Of a DNA stretch of 64,000 nt, positions 9,958 through 22,134 are shown one piece after another. Every line of letters begins with the position of its first letter. Position 1 is the stretch's first letter. Under the pieces are notes generated by a model. It did not search any database. It was not told the origin of the DNA and saw only the letters and a list, made by a program, of their open reading frames with translations. Source of the DNA: Naegleria gruberi (taxonomy: Eukaryota); NCBI GenBank assembly GCA_000004985.1, contig GG738857.1, one strand, 5' to 3'. A program made the translations under genes and the position numbers.

Positions 9958-12900
9958 ATGTCACAACCTTCACCTCTTCTCATTGGCTCAGCTGCATTGT
10001 TGGGTGTTAGTGGTTTAGTTAATGGATTGTTGTTTATGAAGAATGGAGAATTACAGAAGAAACTTGAGCAATCAACAAGTACTACAAAGAAACATGATGC
10101 TTCATCGTATGGTAAGTTGTTTATTATTTGTTTTGTGTGTTATCTAAACGACCATATGTTTATTCGAATACTTTCGAATATTTATTCATCACCATATGTG
10201 TTTTATTTTCGAATATTTATTCATCACCATGGTGAATTATCGGGTTGAACAACATAATATAGAACAAATTGAAAAATTGGAGAAGGATTTGGAACAATTA
10301 AAAACACTCATCAAGGAAAAGGAAATTCTTCTTCAACAAACTACCAAGGAAAAGGACAATGAATTGAAAAGCATTCAAGAAAATTATAAAACCAAAATGG
10401 AAAAGTTGAATCAAGAGAATTCTCTTCATCTTTCCAAATTAGAAAGTGAAAAGAGTTTGGCAATTAAAGAATTACAAAACAAGACACAATTAGAGATTAC
10501 CAATCTCAAGAATTTACTTGAAAAGGAAAAACACGATCACACTCAATATGTTAAACAAAATACGTTAGAATTAGAAAATGTTTTAAAGACAAAATTGAAA
10601 GAACAAGAAGTTCTCAATTTGGAAATTAACAAATTAAAGAAACGTGAAGTAGAATTAGAATCAGAATTCAATGAAAAGAATGAACAAATTACAAGTCTTG
10701 ACAATCAATTGAATAATGTTAAGAATTTATATTCTGAGAGTATGAAACGTATTCAAGGTATTACCTCTGATTCAATGCAAAAGAAGGAACATGAAGTGAC
10801 TAAATTGAGAGAACAAGTTGAAGAAAAGGAGAAACAAGTTGAAGATTTGTTGAGTGAAAAGAAGAACCTTGAAAATGAATTGAGTGAAAAGAATGAAAGA
10901 ATAACACAACTTGAACAATCAGTTTCTTCAAATAATTCACAAATTGACAATATCGGTACTACTTTAGAAAACTTGAAACACATTCTCACTGATAAGGATT
11001 CTATCATTAATGAAAAGGAAAGTGAAATCAAGCAAAACAGTGAAAAGATTTCAACTCTCTTGAAGGATACCTCACAATTAGAATGTCAATTTACTGAAAC
11101 TATCAATAGTTTAAAGAAACAAATTGAAGATTTGATGACCAAGTCAAGCACTCTCGACAATGAACTCCAACAATCAAGAGAAGTTGTCTCCCAAACTGAA
11201 AAGGAACTTCAATCCAGCGTCAAAAGATCAGAAGGATTGTTGATGGAAATTAATCAACTCTCCAATGAGAAAGCAACTCTCCTCTCCGATAAGGATTCAC
11301 TCTCTGAACAATTGGAAGCTGTCAAGAAGCAATTCGAACAAGTTTCCTCAAAACTCCAACAAGTTCAACAAGATTTGGAAAAGAAAACCGAAGAAGAAAA
11401 GAAGACTGTCTCTGAATTGAATGATACCATTAACAAGGTTAATAATTCTCTCAATGAAAAGGTCACTGAACTCTCCTCCCTCTCGACAACACTCTCACAA
11501 AAGGAAAAGGAAATTTCCGAACTCAAATCACAAGTTGAACAATTGAATAATCAAATGGCCTCAAAGGAACAATCAATTTCTCAATTGCAAACTCAACTTG
11601 AAACTCTTTCATCTGAATCTTCTGCATCAATCAAGAGTCTCACTGAAGAAAAGCAAAAGGTTGAACAAGAATTGTCTTCATTGAAGGTTCAATTGACTAA
11701 TGCTTCTGATGAAGTAAACAAGGAACACACCTTGTTGGAAAATTATAAGAAGGATTTGGAACAAAAGCAAACAGAAATTAACAAGAAAACCGAAGAAATT
11801 TCCACATTGACCAATTCACTCAATCAATTAAAGAAGGAAAGCGAAGAAAAGATTCAGAACCTCGATCAATCAATTTCATCACTCAATGAAAAGGACGTCA
11901 AATCTCAAGAAACCATTCAATCCGTCACTGAACAACTCAACACAGCAAAGAACTCTCTTGAAACCTCACAACAAGAAGCTCAACAATTGCAAGCTACCAT
12001 CAAATCCCTTGAAGAATCCAAAGAACAATTGCAAAACCAAATTCAATCTTTGAATGATCAAGTTCAAAACAAGGATTCTGAAATTCAATCCTTGAAGAAC
12101 TCTTTGGCTAATTTGGAAAAGGAGAAACAAACTCAAAGCGAAGAATTGAGCCAAACATCAAAGAAGGTCACTCAATTGGAAGAAGAATTAAAACAAGCCA
12201 ACTCTTCTATTTCAGACATCTCCAAGAAGCTCGATTCTACACAAGAAGCTGAAACTCAAAAGACCCAAAAGGTTAGCGAATTGGAAAGTCAAATCAAATC
12301 TTTGCAAGATGCTGCCAATAATCAATCCAAGGAAATTTCTGATTTCACTGAACAAGTCAACTCTGTAAAGAAGCAATTATCTGAAAAGGAATCTGAATTA
12401 GGAAAGGTTTCGGAACAAGTTTCTTTATTGACTGCTGAACTTGCCAAATACAAGCAAGACCTCTCTGAATCCTCTTCATCATTGGAATCAACCAAGCAAC
12501 AATTAACAACTGCCACAGAAACGATTGCAACCCTTGAAACTCAAGCTGGAGAATTGAAAGATTTGGTTTCTCAAAAGGAATCTGCTGCCCAATCCTTGAC
12601 TGAACAACTCGAAAAGGAAAAGCAACAATCTACTCAAGCACTCGCTGAAGCTTCTCAAACAAAGGATGCTGAAATTCAAACTCTTAAGGAATTAGTCAAC
12701 CAAAAGGAAACTTCCAACAGCCAAGTTTTGCAAGAATTACAAGAAAAGACAGAAACAATCGCCAAGATTGAAAACCAAATTAAGGAATTGGAATCAAAAC
12801 TTACTGCCTCCACTCAACAATTCACCGAATTGCAAAGCAAGAAGGAAGAATCTGAAAAGACTGTCCAGAAATTAGAATCCGAAGTCCAAACTCATTTGAG

Positions 12901-13843
12901 TACAATTAACGACTTGAAAAAGTCCATGAAAGAAAAGCAAACTCAAATCACTGAATTGGAATCAAAGGTCAAACAATCGAATAGCAACAATAACAATAAT
13001 GGAAAGAAGAAGAATAATGGAAAGGGAGGAAATAGCAGTAATCACGATAATGAAGTTCAACAACTCCAAAAGGAAAACAACAAGTTGAAACACGAATCAG
13101 AGGAGAAAATTACCCAACTCTCCAAGACAATTTCTGAACAAACTGAACAACAAGAAAAGAAAGAAAAGGAATTCAAAGAACAATTGGAAGCCCAAGAAAA
13201 GACCAAACAAGAAGAAGTTGCTGCTCTCAAGAAGATCATTGAAGAATTGCAATCCAAGTTGAAGAATTCAAGTACAAGTACTAGTACCACTCACCAACCT
13301 AAAATCACATTGACCGAATCATCTGATGCCTTAGATAAGCTCATCCACAAGTTGCAAAATGATAACGTTGAAACTATTGATATTTTCGTACCATTGATTG
13401 ATAGTGGATTCCTTGAAACTCTTTCTGATTTGCCAAGAGAAAAGATTAGTCTCTTATTCGAATCCTTGAATAATACTCCTTCATTGAGATCGATTATTTT
13501 TGATGGATGTGCTCTCACTCAAGAAGATATGACAAGTTTGCTTCAAACTCTCTCCACTAACAAGACAATGACTACCTTGGATATTTCAGATGAATTCAAG
13601 GGAGATGAAGTTTTAGATGCCTTATGCTCTTTCATTTCAACAAATGACACTTGTAAGAGTCTCAAGATTAGAGATTGGAAATTCGAAGCCAGCTCTCTCC
13701 ACAAACTTGCCACCACCATCCAAGAATCTACTGAAAAGGGTGTTTGTAAGCTTAGTACTTTAGAGTTTGATCCAACCCTTGAATCTGTTATGACCGATGA
13801 CGATTTGGAATTAATCAATTCTGCCCTTAAATCTAATCAATAA
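9958..13843 (+). CDS. Giant coiled-coil protein (about 1250 aa) with a C-terminal leucine-rich-repeat cap
   Basis: Exon 1 is 9958..10111 (MSQPSPLLIGSAALLGV...), donor GTAAGT at 10112, acceptor ATATAG at 10261-10262. Exon 2 is 10263..13843. Hundreds of heptad-like E/K/Q/L-rich residues. The C-terminus (LDISDEFKGDEVLDALCSFISTNDTCKSLKIRDWKF) is LRR-like. An alternative start at ATG 10226 is not excluded. Confidence 0.65.
10173..10230 (+). repeat. Tandem duplication of the 23-nt unit TTCGAATATTTATTCATCACCAT inside the putative first intron / alternative start region
   Basis: Copies at 10173..10195 and 10208..10230. The second copy ends at ATG 10226. Confidence 0.5.
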
Positions 13844-13881
13844 ATAATTTTATCAAAAATTTCTCTATCAAGTTATAAATC

Positions 13882-15399
13882 TTATTTAACAATAATTTGG
13901 TTGAGCCAATTTTCAATATCCAACTTGACCTTTTCTGATTGCATGTCATTGAGAAGATCCAACATACTCTTATCATAGTCAATTACTTTTCTTTGGCAAT
14001 CAGGACAATTTCTCTTGGAAAGATATTCGATACGTCTAAGGTTTGCAATTGGCGTCACATAATCATATACTCCGTGCAATAAGAGAATGTTTGGATTTTT
14101 TAAATTGGTCAATGTTTCACCTTGATTCACTTTTTCCAATAAATCCAAAATAGTTTTTGCTGTTGTAATGGTCCACATGTCTGGATTGACCATCAATTCA
14201 ACACCACCAACTCCCTTAATGGAATATCTAGAATCAGATCTGATACTCTTATGAACTTCTTCATAACTAGAGAAGTAGATAAAACTATTGATGAGGTTAT
14301 ACAATTGTGTCTCTGCAAAAATTGAGGCTCCTGAATATCTGAGTTTGTCTGATGTGAGCTTCTTTATACGCTTTGCGACTCTGCATGTATAATTGAGAGG
14401 AGGTAAAAGACTTCTGGCTGGATAGGAAGGCACATAATGGAGTGTCATTCTCATGAGTACATCCTTGTGTGGTGGTAATATTTTTCCTGGGGCCTTATCA
14501 AAAGAACGTTCATCTGTATATTGAGTTGATGTAATGGAAGGAAGAGAAACGAATGTGAGGCCATCGATTTTGTGTTTGTTAGGATAGGATGTTTCATAGT
14601 GGAGTGTAATCAATGATCCGAGAGATTCTGAAATGACAACAATTGGAACTTGACCAATTTCTAAATTTTCCTTCAAATTGTTCATTCTTTCACCAACAAC
14701 TTGATGGAAATCATTCAAATATTCGAATGCTGTAGAATTACTACTGGAAACAATGAAGCAACGTGGGCCTGATGATTTTCCAGATCCTCTCATATCATAT
14801 CTATAAATTATAAATCCATTCTTCAATATTAATGACTTTTCAATCCATTCACTCTCCTCAGCTTCATCAATAATTGCTCCTTGGTGTGAACCAATGTTGT
14901 GAACAAATATAATAATACCATTTACACCTTTTTCTTTGTAATTTTCAGAATATTTAACTCTTTCATAAATATAGCTGGATGAATCCGATGAGAGAAATCT
15001 TCCAGAATCCTCTATAACTCTTTCCACTGATCCACTTTCACTTTTCACTTCAATCACTTGTTTTGATTTCATAAATTTATCCAATTCCGAATCAGCACTC
15101 TTCTTCTTCAACAAATTTAATTGACTATCAAAATAAGGATCAGCATCATATGGTGGTAGTTGACTATATTGAACATAGAGAAGAGAAAAATAGGCTAACA
15201 ATATGAATGGTAAACTAAGTGCAGAAAATCTAATAACACTAAACCAGAGAGTTGACCTAGCACTTTCCTGTGGAACATTCTGAGTTGTTTTTTTAGCTTT
15301 TGTGGTTGATGATTTAGTATCTGCAGTCTCTGATTTTCCGTTTGTTGTTGTTGTTGCCAAAGATGTTGAGGCTTTATCGGAAGCAGCCTTCTTTGCCAT
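13882..15399 (-). CDS. Alpha/beta-hydrolase (lipase / monoacylglycerol-lipase-like) with an N-terminal membrane anchor
   Basis: 505-aa single-exon ORF. Nucleophile elbow VISESLGS (GxSxG). Hydrophobic segment LWFSVIRFSALSLPFILLAYFSLL after an S/T-rich N-terminus. Confidence 0.7.
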   Translation of the reverse strand: MAKKAASDKASTSLATTTTNGKSETADTKSSTTKAKKTTQNVPQESARSTLWFSVIRFSALSLPFILLAYFSLLYVQYSQLPPYDADPYFDSQLNLLKKKSADSELDKFMKSKQVIEVKSESGSVERVIEDSGRFLSSDSSSYIYERVKYSENYKEKGVNGIIIFVHNIGSHQGAIIDEAEESEWIEKSLILKNGFIIYRYDMRGSGKSSGPRCFIVSSSNSTAFEYLNDFHQVVGERMNNLKENLEIGQVPIVVISESLGSLITLHYETSYPNKHKIDGLTFVSLPSITSTQYTDERSFDKAPGKILPPHKDVLMRMTLHYVPSYPARSLLPPLNYTCRVAKRIKKLTSDKLRYSGASIFAETQLYNLINSFIYFSSYEEVHKSIRSDSRYSIKGVGGVELMVNPDMWTITTAKTILDLLEKVNQGETLTNLKNPNILLLHGVYDYVTPIANLRRIEYLSKRNCPDCQRKVIDYDKSMLDLLNDMQSEKVKLDIENWLNQIIVK

Positions 15400-15591
15400 T
15401 TTTTTTTAATTTTAATAAAAAACTCAAATTTTTAATAAAATTAAATTAAAAACAAATTAATATTTGGATAGAAGAAACCAAATGGAATTATAAAATGTTG
15501 TAATTTACATTTCCGTTCCATCAATTCGATTTAATAATGTAAATATAATTTGGATTTGAAAAAATCTTTAAAAAATCAAAAAAAAAAATAA

Positions 15592-16334
15592 ATGATGGGC
15601 AATTCGGAGGTAACTCTCACATTCAAGACAATTACAAAGAAGCAATTTCAGTTGCAATTGATGAGTAATGATACTGTACGTAACATTGAAATTATAGATG
15701 ATTGGAATTGAATTTTAAAATTATTTCCGCCATACAACATATGATGATGCATTAATATTATTTTGAATTTGGATGTATTATTAATTTAATTGGATAATAA
15801 TTATATTATTAGGTTCACACTGTTAGAACACGAGTTGCTGAACATCTTCAATATCAATTGGAAACAGTAAAGCTTGTCTATCAAGGAAAGGAATTAACTG
15901 ATGATACGAGTGTTATTTCCGATTTGAATATTAATCCGAGTCTGGCAATAGTAGTAGTTGGAAAGAAGTTGCCAGCAACCAATAATCCTACATCTAATGC
16001 CACTAATGTTTCGGAAAATGTACAACAACCAACACAACAATCAAACAAACAGCCAACACTTACCAAGCAACAAGTTGCTCTTTCTAAAATTGAACAAATT
16101 CAACAGAAAGCAGAAACTCTGGAAAAGGAGGCACAAGCTTTGAAAGATAAAAAAGAGGAATTGGGTGAAAAGAAATATGATTATGAAAGGAAAAAAGTTG
16201 ATGAATATTTAACTAGGTGTTTATTGGAATTGGACAATGTAGATGTTGATGGAGAAGAAGAATTAAGAATGAAGAGAAAGAATGCTATTCGTTTTATTCA
16301 ATGTGTACAGAACTTTATTGAGTCCAGTCTGTAA
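15592..16334 (+). CDS. BAG-domain co-chaperone with an N-terminal ubiquitin-like domain (BAG1-like)
   Basis: Exon 1 is 15592..15675 (MMGNSEVTLTFKTITKKQFQLQLMSNDT), donor GTACGT at 15676, acceptor TTATTAG at 15811-15812. Exon 2 is 15813..16334. Ubiquitin fold continues with VHTVRTRVAEHLQYQLETVKLVYQGKELTDDTSVISDLNI. C-terminal BAG-like helices (KKVDEYLTRCLLELDNVDVDGEEELRMKRKNAIRFIQ). Confidence 0.7.
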
Positions 16335-16711
16335 GGAATAAATTTATGAGTATGACAGATGAACGAACAATTAGAAACTGCTTTGTACTTGGAAATAGAT
16401 TGTAAAACTTTACAACTAGTTGTACACAATTAAGGCAATTAAAAATATTCAACTATCAAACCATTTTCAAGTTTCGAACTTGTGTACATGCTCAATTAAA
16501 CCTTTCGTTTACAGAAAACAAACATGATTTGTCCAAAAACAATTTCTCTCAATATCCTGAGTTACAAAACTGAATGCCTAATTGGGCCTCATGCCGAATC
16601 AAACGAAAAAAAGGACATCACAACGAAGTAAATTCGAAACATTTCGGCCATAAATTCAACGTTATTCCTCCAACAACGATTTTCACAAACAACAAAAAAA
16701 ATCAAATAACC

Positions 16712-16963
16712 ATGACTACCCAAACTCTTTCTCAATTAGATCTCATTGTTTTAATTATTTTCGCAATCTTCATGCCACCAGTTACTGTTGCAGTTGTACG
16801 TATTAAATTATTATTCATATAGTTTAATGACATGTTTATTTGGTAAATATATGAAACTAAACTTTAGAAAAAATCAATTGGTCTTCACTTGTATATTTCG
16901 GCCATCCTAACCCTCTTTTAAGGAGTAATCTATGCATTCATTGTATTATTCGATATTCTTTAA
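16712..16963 (+). CDS. PMP3/RCI2 (UPF0057) proteolipid-like small membrane protein gene; the reading frame carries an in-frame TAA
   Basis: Exon 1 is 16712..16795 (MTTQTLSQLDLIVLIIFAIFMPPVTVAV, matching the ILAIFLPPLGVFL core), donor GTACGT at 16796, acceptor TTTAG at 16866-16867. Exon 2 starts at 16868 and reads KKSIGLHLYISAILTLF, then TAA (16919-16921), then GVIYAFIVLFDIL, then TAA (16961-16963). The post-stop peptide matches the conserved Pmp3 C-terminus GIIYAIYVL. Confidence 0.4.
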
Positions 16964-17669
16964 ATCATCAATTCACATGATTTTCAGCCATTCTGTTAAG
17001 CCCAAGTTTATTTGGCTTTCCAATAGAGATTCAATTCGATTAGCATTGAATCAAAATGTTTGTAAATAAAACAAATTATCCCCACAAAATCAAAATTAGT
17101 ATCTTGTTCTCTAGACTAACCAACATAGAGGAGTGAAATTGGAATAGACAGAACTGTAGATTAGTGCAAATTCTCTCTTCTAAACACTTTACAAAGAGAG
17201 TTCAACCTTGAAAATGTCCCATCACAAAGTTGTGCAAAATAACACACAAGTTCCACTTCACTGTGCAGCTGCTAGGTGATGGAGAGAGGAAGTTGGGTAA
17301 CAAAATCATCATTCAAAATTGCCTGCTGGAAATTTCTGCAGAGGAACTTGGCGACCATTGTTTTAAAAATAAATATTCAAATCATATTTAAAAAAAATTG
17401 GGTAATCACACTGCGAAAGGCAACACATTGATCAAAGAGAGAGGTAAGTGGCTATTTGTTTTGATGGATTGTTGTTGATGTTGGAATGACATTGTTAACA
17501 TTTTGATGTTATATATGGATGTTTTGGTTTTATTGGAAATTTTTTTGATGATCAAAAACATTTATCATACAACAACAATAATCATCACGCTAATACTTTT
17601 GATCTTTGATACAACAACAACAATAACAACATCATCAAATGGATATATATTACAAATAATATATAGAAA

Positions 17670-20036
17670 ATGTTGAGAATCCCAAAGAAAATTTTGGCAC
17701 AGACCAATGAAATGCCTTTGGATGAGGCCAACAAGACTATTGAAATTCTCACATCAGCTATCGATGAGATCTACGAAGAAAGAGCTGCTGTTATGGATTA
17801 TCAAAAGTTGTTTGAGTAAGTAGAATTGATCATATTGTATAATAACAATCCGATCATCATCAGTCTTGCATATAAATTAGTTACTAAAAAGTATGGTGAA
17901 AAACTCTATGATAAAGTCAGACAAACTATTTCTAAACATACAAAGGGCGTCTGTAATGACATTAATCAACAAAAGGAAATTACATTCCTTCCACACCTTT
18001 TGACTGTATGGAAAAAGTACAGAAAGGCTGCTTGTACTATTAGAGATTTGCTCTTGTTCTTGGATGAACAATGGGTTGAACGTCAATCAACTCACGACAA
18101 CAAAATTAAGACCGTTTTCGAATTGGGTATCTTTATTTTCAGAGAAGAAGTTTTGATCAAATTGACTGATAGAGTTCAATCTATTATGCTATCGATAATT
18201 AGAAAGGAAAGAGACAATATTGAACCTGCTGACAAATTCTTGCTTCGTTCTCTCACCCAAATGATGGTGGAAATTGACAAGGAAAAGGTTTACATTCCTG
18301 TCTTTGAATCTAAATTCTTAAGTGAATCACATATTTACTACAAAATTGAAGCTGAGAAAATTTTCGATTCTTGTACAGCTGTAGATTATTTGAAGAAGAT
18401 CCAACAACGTTTAAAGGAAGAAACTGATAGAGCTGATCGTTGTTTGGATCCAGAGACGAGGAATAAGATTGAAAATGTTGTTAAAGAAGAATTCATTACA
18501 AGATATAAGGATTCTGTTGTTAATAAGGAAGGTAGTGGTGTTTTGGTCATGTTGAAAGATAAGAAGGAAACTGAATTACGTCTTGTTTATGATGTTTTGG
18601 GTTTGGTTGAAGGTGCTTTAGAACCAACTATTAATATTTATCGTGAATATGTCACTGAACAAGGTTTGGCTATTGTCACAAGTGAAGAAAAGAATAATGA
18701 TTATATTACTTTGGTTACTGAAATTATTCAATTGAGAGTTTACTATGATGAATTACTTTTACGTTCATTCAGTACTAGACAAGGTGCTGCTACTGTTGGT
18801 GGAGGTATCAGTAAGACCAGAAAGACAAATACTTTCATTAGAGATAAGGATTTCTCAAAGGCTACAAAGGATGCTTTTGATAGAGTTGTAAATCAAAACG
18901 AAAAATTCTCTGAATATCTTTCATTATTGTTGGATAAGAAACTCAAGAAGGGTAAACAACAAATTGAAGAAGAACAACTTGATACATTCTTTGATCAAGT
19001 TATTATGATTTTCAGACACGTCAAGGATAAGGATATTTTCGAAAAGTACTACAAGGAACATTTGGCTGTTCGTCTCTTGGAAGAAAGATGTGCATCTGAT
19101 GATGCTGAAAAGTTGTTCTTATCCAAGTTGAAGACTGAATTTGGTGTTCAATTCACAACACGTCTTGAAAATATGTTCAAGGATATCAAGTTGAGTAAGG
19201 ATTTGATGGGTCAATGGAATGAATATAGAACGAGACCACCTATTGATATGAATATTCAAGTTTTGACTCAAGGTTCATGGCCAGGTACTACTTCATACAA
19301 GATTGAATTCTCAGAACAAGATATTAACAAATCTATGAATGTTTTCAATGACTTTTATCAAGGTCAACACAATGGTAGAAAGTTAACTTGGCAATATCAA
19401 TTGGGTAATGCCTCTATTATTATGAATGGTTTTACTCAAAAGTTTGAAATTACTGCTTCAACATTCCAAATGGCTGTTCTCCTCCTTTTCAATGACAATG
19501 AAAAACTCACATACAAGGAAATTGAAACATCAACAAAGATTCCAGCTGCTGAACTCAAGAAGAATCTTATCCAACTTACAAAGCCACTTGATGATGGTGA
19601 ACAATATAAGAAGGTTGCTAAAGTTTTGACTGTCAAGGCTTCTGAAGATCAACAACAATCCACTGCAGAAGGTGATAAGAAGAAATTTACCATTTCAGCA
19701 ACAACAATCTTTGCTACTAACAATTTGTTCAAGTCAAGAAAGTTGAAGATGAATGCCATGCCACCAATGACTAAGCAAACTGAAGAAGGTGCCTCCAAGA
19801 TCAATCAACAAGTTGAAGAAGAACGTAAGATGGTCGTTGATGCTGTCATTGTTCGTATTATGAAGTCTAGAAAGGTCATGACTCACCGTGACTTGGTTTT
19901 GGAAGCTACTTCACAACTTCAACAAAGATTCATGCCTGCTCCTAATTTGATCAAGAAGAGAATTGAAAACTTGATTGAAAGAGAATATTTGGAAAGAGAT
20001 GAAAACGACAGACAAACTTACAAGTATTTGGCTTAA
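17670..20036 (+). CDS. Cullin (Cul3-like) E3 ubiquitin ligase scaffold
   Basis: Exon 1 is 17670..17815 (MLRIPKK...AIDEIYEERAAVMDYQKLF), donor GTAAGT at 17816, acceptor ATCAG at 17862-17863. Exon 2 is 17864..20036. The N-terminus LAYKLVTKKYGEKLYDKVRQ matches the Cul3 helix (AYTMVLHKHGEKLY). Cullin-homology and winged-helix C-terminus (neddylation region VIVRIMKSRKVMTH, ending LIEREYLERDENDRQTYKYLA). Confidence 0.85.
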
Positions 20037-20119
20037 ACTATTGTAATTTATTTTCATTGTTCAATAAATAATTATTTAAATATCAAAACATTCAATGAGT
20101 GCATTGATTCAAGCAATTC

Positions 20120-21748
20120 TTGGAAATCTTTAAAAAATCCAAATTTAAAAAAATGATAAAAATCTCAGCTGCCCTTTTCACACTCCTACTTTTCTCGTTG
20201 CAGTTAATTTTATTAGTGGAGGAAAGGAAAAACAAATATTGTGAATGTGGATCGGAATATCATGCAAATTTCAAACATCTAGAATATGGAAATGTTTTAA
20301 ATTTATTATCCCGAAGCCCAGAACTTAATCTACTCGGAAACTTCTCCCTCTCTCCTCAATACATCAAGTGGATGACAGAAATGAAACAGGAAATATTTGA
20401 GGATTTTGTACAATCATTTTCTAATGAGCAATGCTTGAATTTTCAACAAGAATTTTGGTATTTGCAATCTTTTGAAATTGTGAAGGGAAGTTTTTTATTT
20501 CACACTTATAATCAGGAAGAGGAAAGTCAAATGTACTTTCCAGCATCAAGGGATGGTCAATTTATGTGGGATTTAGTGAAGGTTTGGATGGGACTTTTAT
20601 TTGAAACTCGTGTGAAAATGGGACATTTACCAAGGGAAGAAATTGAGTATTTACATGGTTTGAATTTTGATGATTCTGTTTTGAATTCAATTATGAATTC
20701 TAGAATTATTTATAATTTTCAACATTCTCCAAACAAATTGAATTGGTACATTACAGGAAAGAGATGGGAATTGAATATTTCACCATCCATGTTAAAGACA
20801 AAGACTGAACTTCCTAAAACAACAAGTTTGAAAATCATGTCATATAATATTCACAACTATGAAGGAAATTGGATTAAGAGATTGATGAAAATGATCAAAG
20901 TTATAGAAAGAAATCAACCAGATGTCATTTGTTTCCAAGAAGTTCGACTAGATGAAAAGAAGGATTTGAAAAAGCTCAATAATTTCCATGAATTTATATT
21001 TGAAGATGAATATCAACTCATTCACATCAAGAAGGCACTCTCACAATTGGGCTATATTCACTATCACTCAAGACCTGCCATGAGCTACGTGCAACCCTTC
21101 TACATGGACGTTCCACCAACAATGCAAGAGGAAGGTCTTGCAATCTTCTCCAAATATCCAATCATTGAGGCAGATTACACACTCCTCTACAGAGATTTAT
21201 CAGATTCTTCCACTCACCAAAGAATTTGTGTGCGGGCAAGAATTTTAATTCCACACATGAACTCTTTCATCACTGCTGATATTTTCAATACTCATCTCTC
21301 ATTGAAAGAACATGAGAGAAATCAAAATGTTTTGGATATTAATCGATTTGCAAATTTGAATGTGGAATCTAGTAGTAGCAGTAGTGGAAAGCCAACTATT
21401 CAAGTGGTTTGTGGAGATTTCAATTTGGAACCTCAAGAAGCAGCCTATTCCAACATGCTTATTGATGGAAAGTGGACTGATTCGTATATTTCTATGAGAA
21501 ATTCACTCTCGCATACTTCAAAACTCTTAGACGAATTTACACTCGCCAATGAGCTCACATTCAGCACCAATGGTGATTACAAAAAGAGAATTGACTATAT
21601 TCTATTCAGAGATTTCGGCTCCAGTATTGTAAACGTTTCGAATTTCATCATTGATGGAAAAGCAAGCGAATATCACTATGAAAATGATCCATACAAGGCA
21701 CCAAGCGACCATCACGCCGTTGTAACAGAATTTACAATCACCAACTAA
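20120..21748 (+). CDS. Endonuclease/exonuclease/phosphatase (EEP) family protein with an N-terminal signal/anchor
   Basis: 542-aa ORF. EEP motifs SYNIHNYEG...PDVICFQEV, VVCGDFNLEP and SDHHAVVTEFTI. Hydrophobic N-terminus MIKISAALFTLLLFSLQLILL. Confidence 0.65.
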   Translation: MEIFKKSKFKKMIKISAALFTLLLFSLQLILLVEERKNKYCECGSEYHANFKHLEYGNVLNLLSRSPELNLLGNFSLSPQYIKWMTEMKQEIFEDFVQSFSNEQCLNFQQEFWYLQSFEIVKGSFLFHTYNQEEESQMYFPASRDGQFMWDLVKVWMGLLFETRVKMGHLPREEIEYLHGLNFDDSVLNSIMNSRIIYNFQHSPNKLNWYITGKRWELNISPSMLKTKTELPKTTSLKIMSYNIHNYEGNWIKRLMKMIKVIERNQPDVICFQEVRLDEKKDLKKLNNFHEFIFEDEYQLIHIKKALSQLGYIHYHSRPAMSYVQPFYMDVPPTMQEEGLAIFSKYPIIEADYTLLYRDLSDSSTHQRICVRARILIPHMNSFITADIFNTHLSLKEHERNQNVLDINRFANLNVESSSSSSGKPTIQVVCGDFNLEPQEAAYSNMLIDGKWTDSYISMRNSLSHTSKLLDEFTLANELTFSTNGDYKKRIDYILFRDFGSSIVNVSNFIIDGKASEYHYENDPYKAPSDHHAVVTEFTITN

Positions 21749-22134
21749 TTTCACCAAGTAGTAGTTGATTGTAAACTGAAACTCTGATATTTGCAAAATA
21801 TCTTTCCAAATCAATCCAAAGGCATGAAACTCAATTATTTCCAATATTCGATTATCATTATTGTAATCAAAAATTAGAGTTTTCAAAGAAAAACGAAAAA
21901 ACTTTAAAAAAATGCAGCAACAACTGAAAGGACAAATTTGTTGCTCTTTGCATTTGTTTAAAATATCTCCACACAGAGGTAAGCACACATTTGATGATGA
22001 TCATTTTCATGGTTCATTTGGTTCGGAATAAATTGGTTCCTTTTCTATGGTATGTGATGATGATGCCGATGATGATCATTATCATCCTTTTCATGATCAT
22101 AAATGTACTATTCGAATTGGGAAAATTTAAAGGA

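Noticed and set aside
21991-22134. Met/Ile-rich N-terminal extension of ORF 21991..23694 (MMMIIFMV...MMMPMMIIII)
   Set aside because: It reflects ATG/ATT-rich 5' UTR composition. The biologically plausible start is Met 22135, followed by a signal-anchor.
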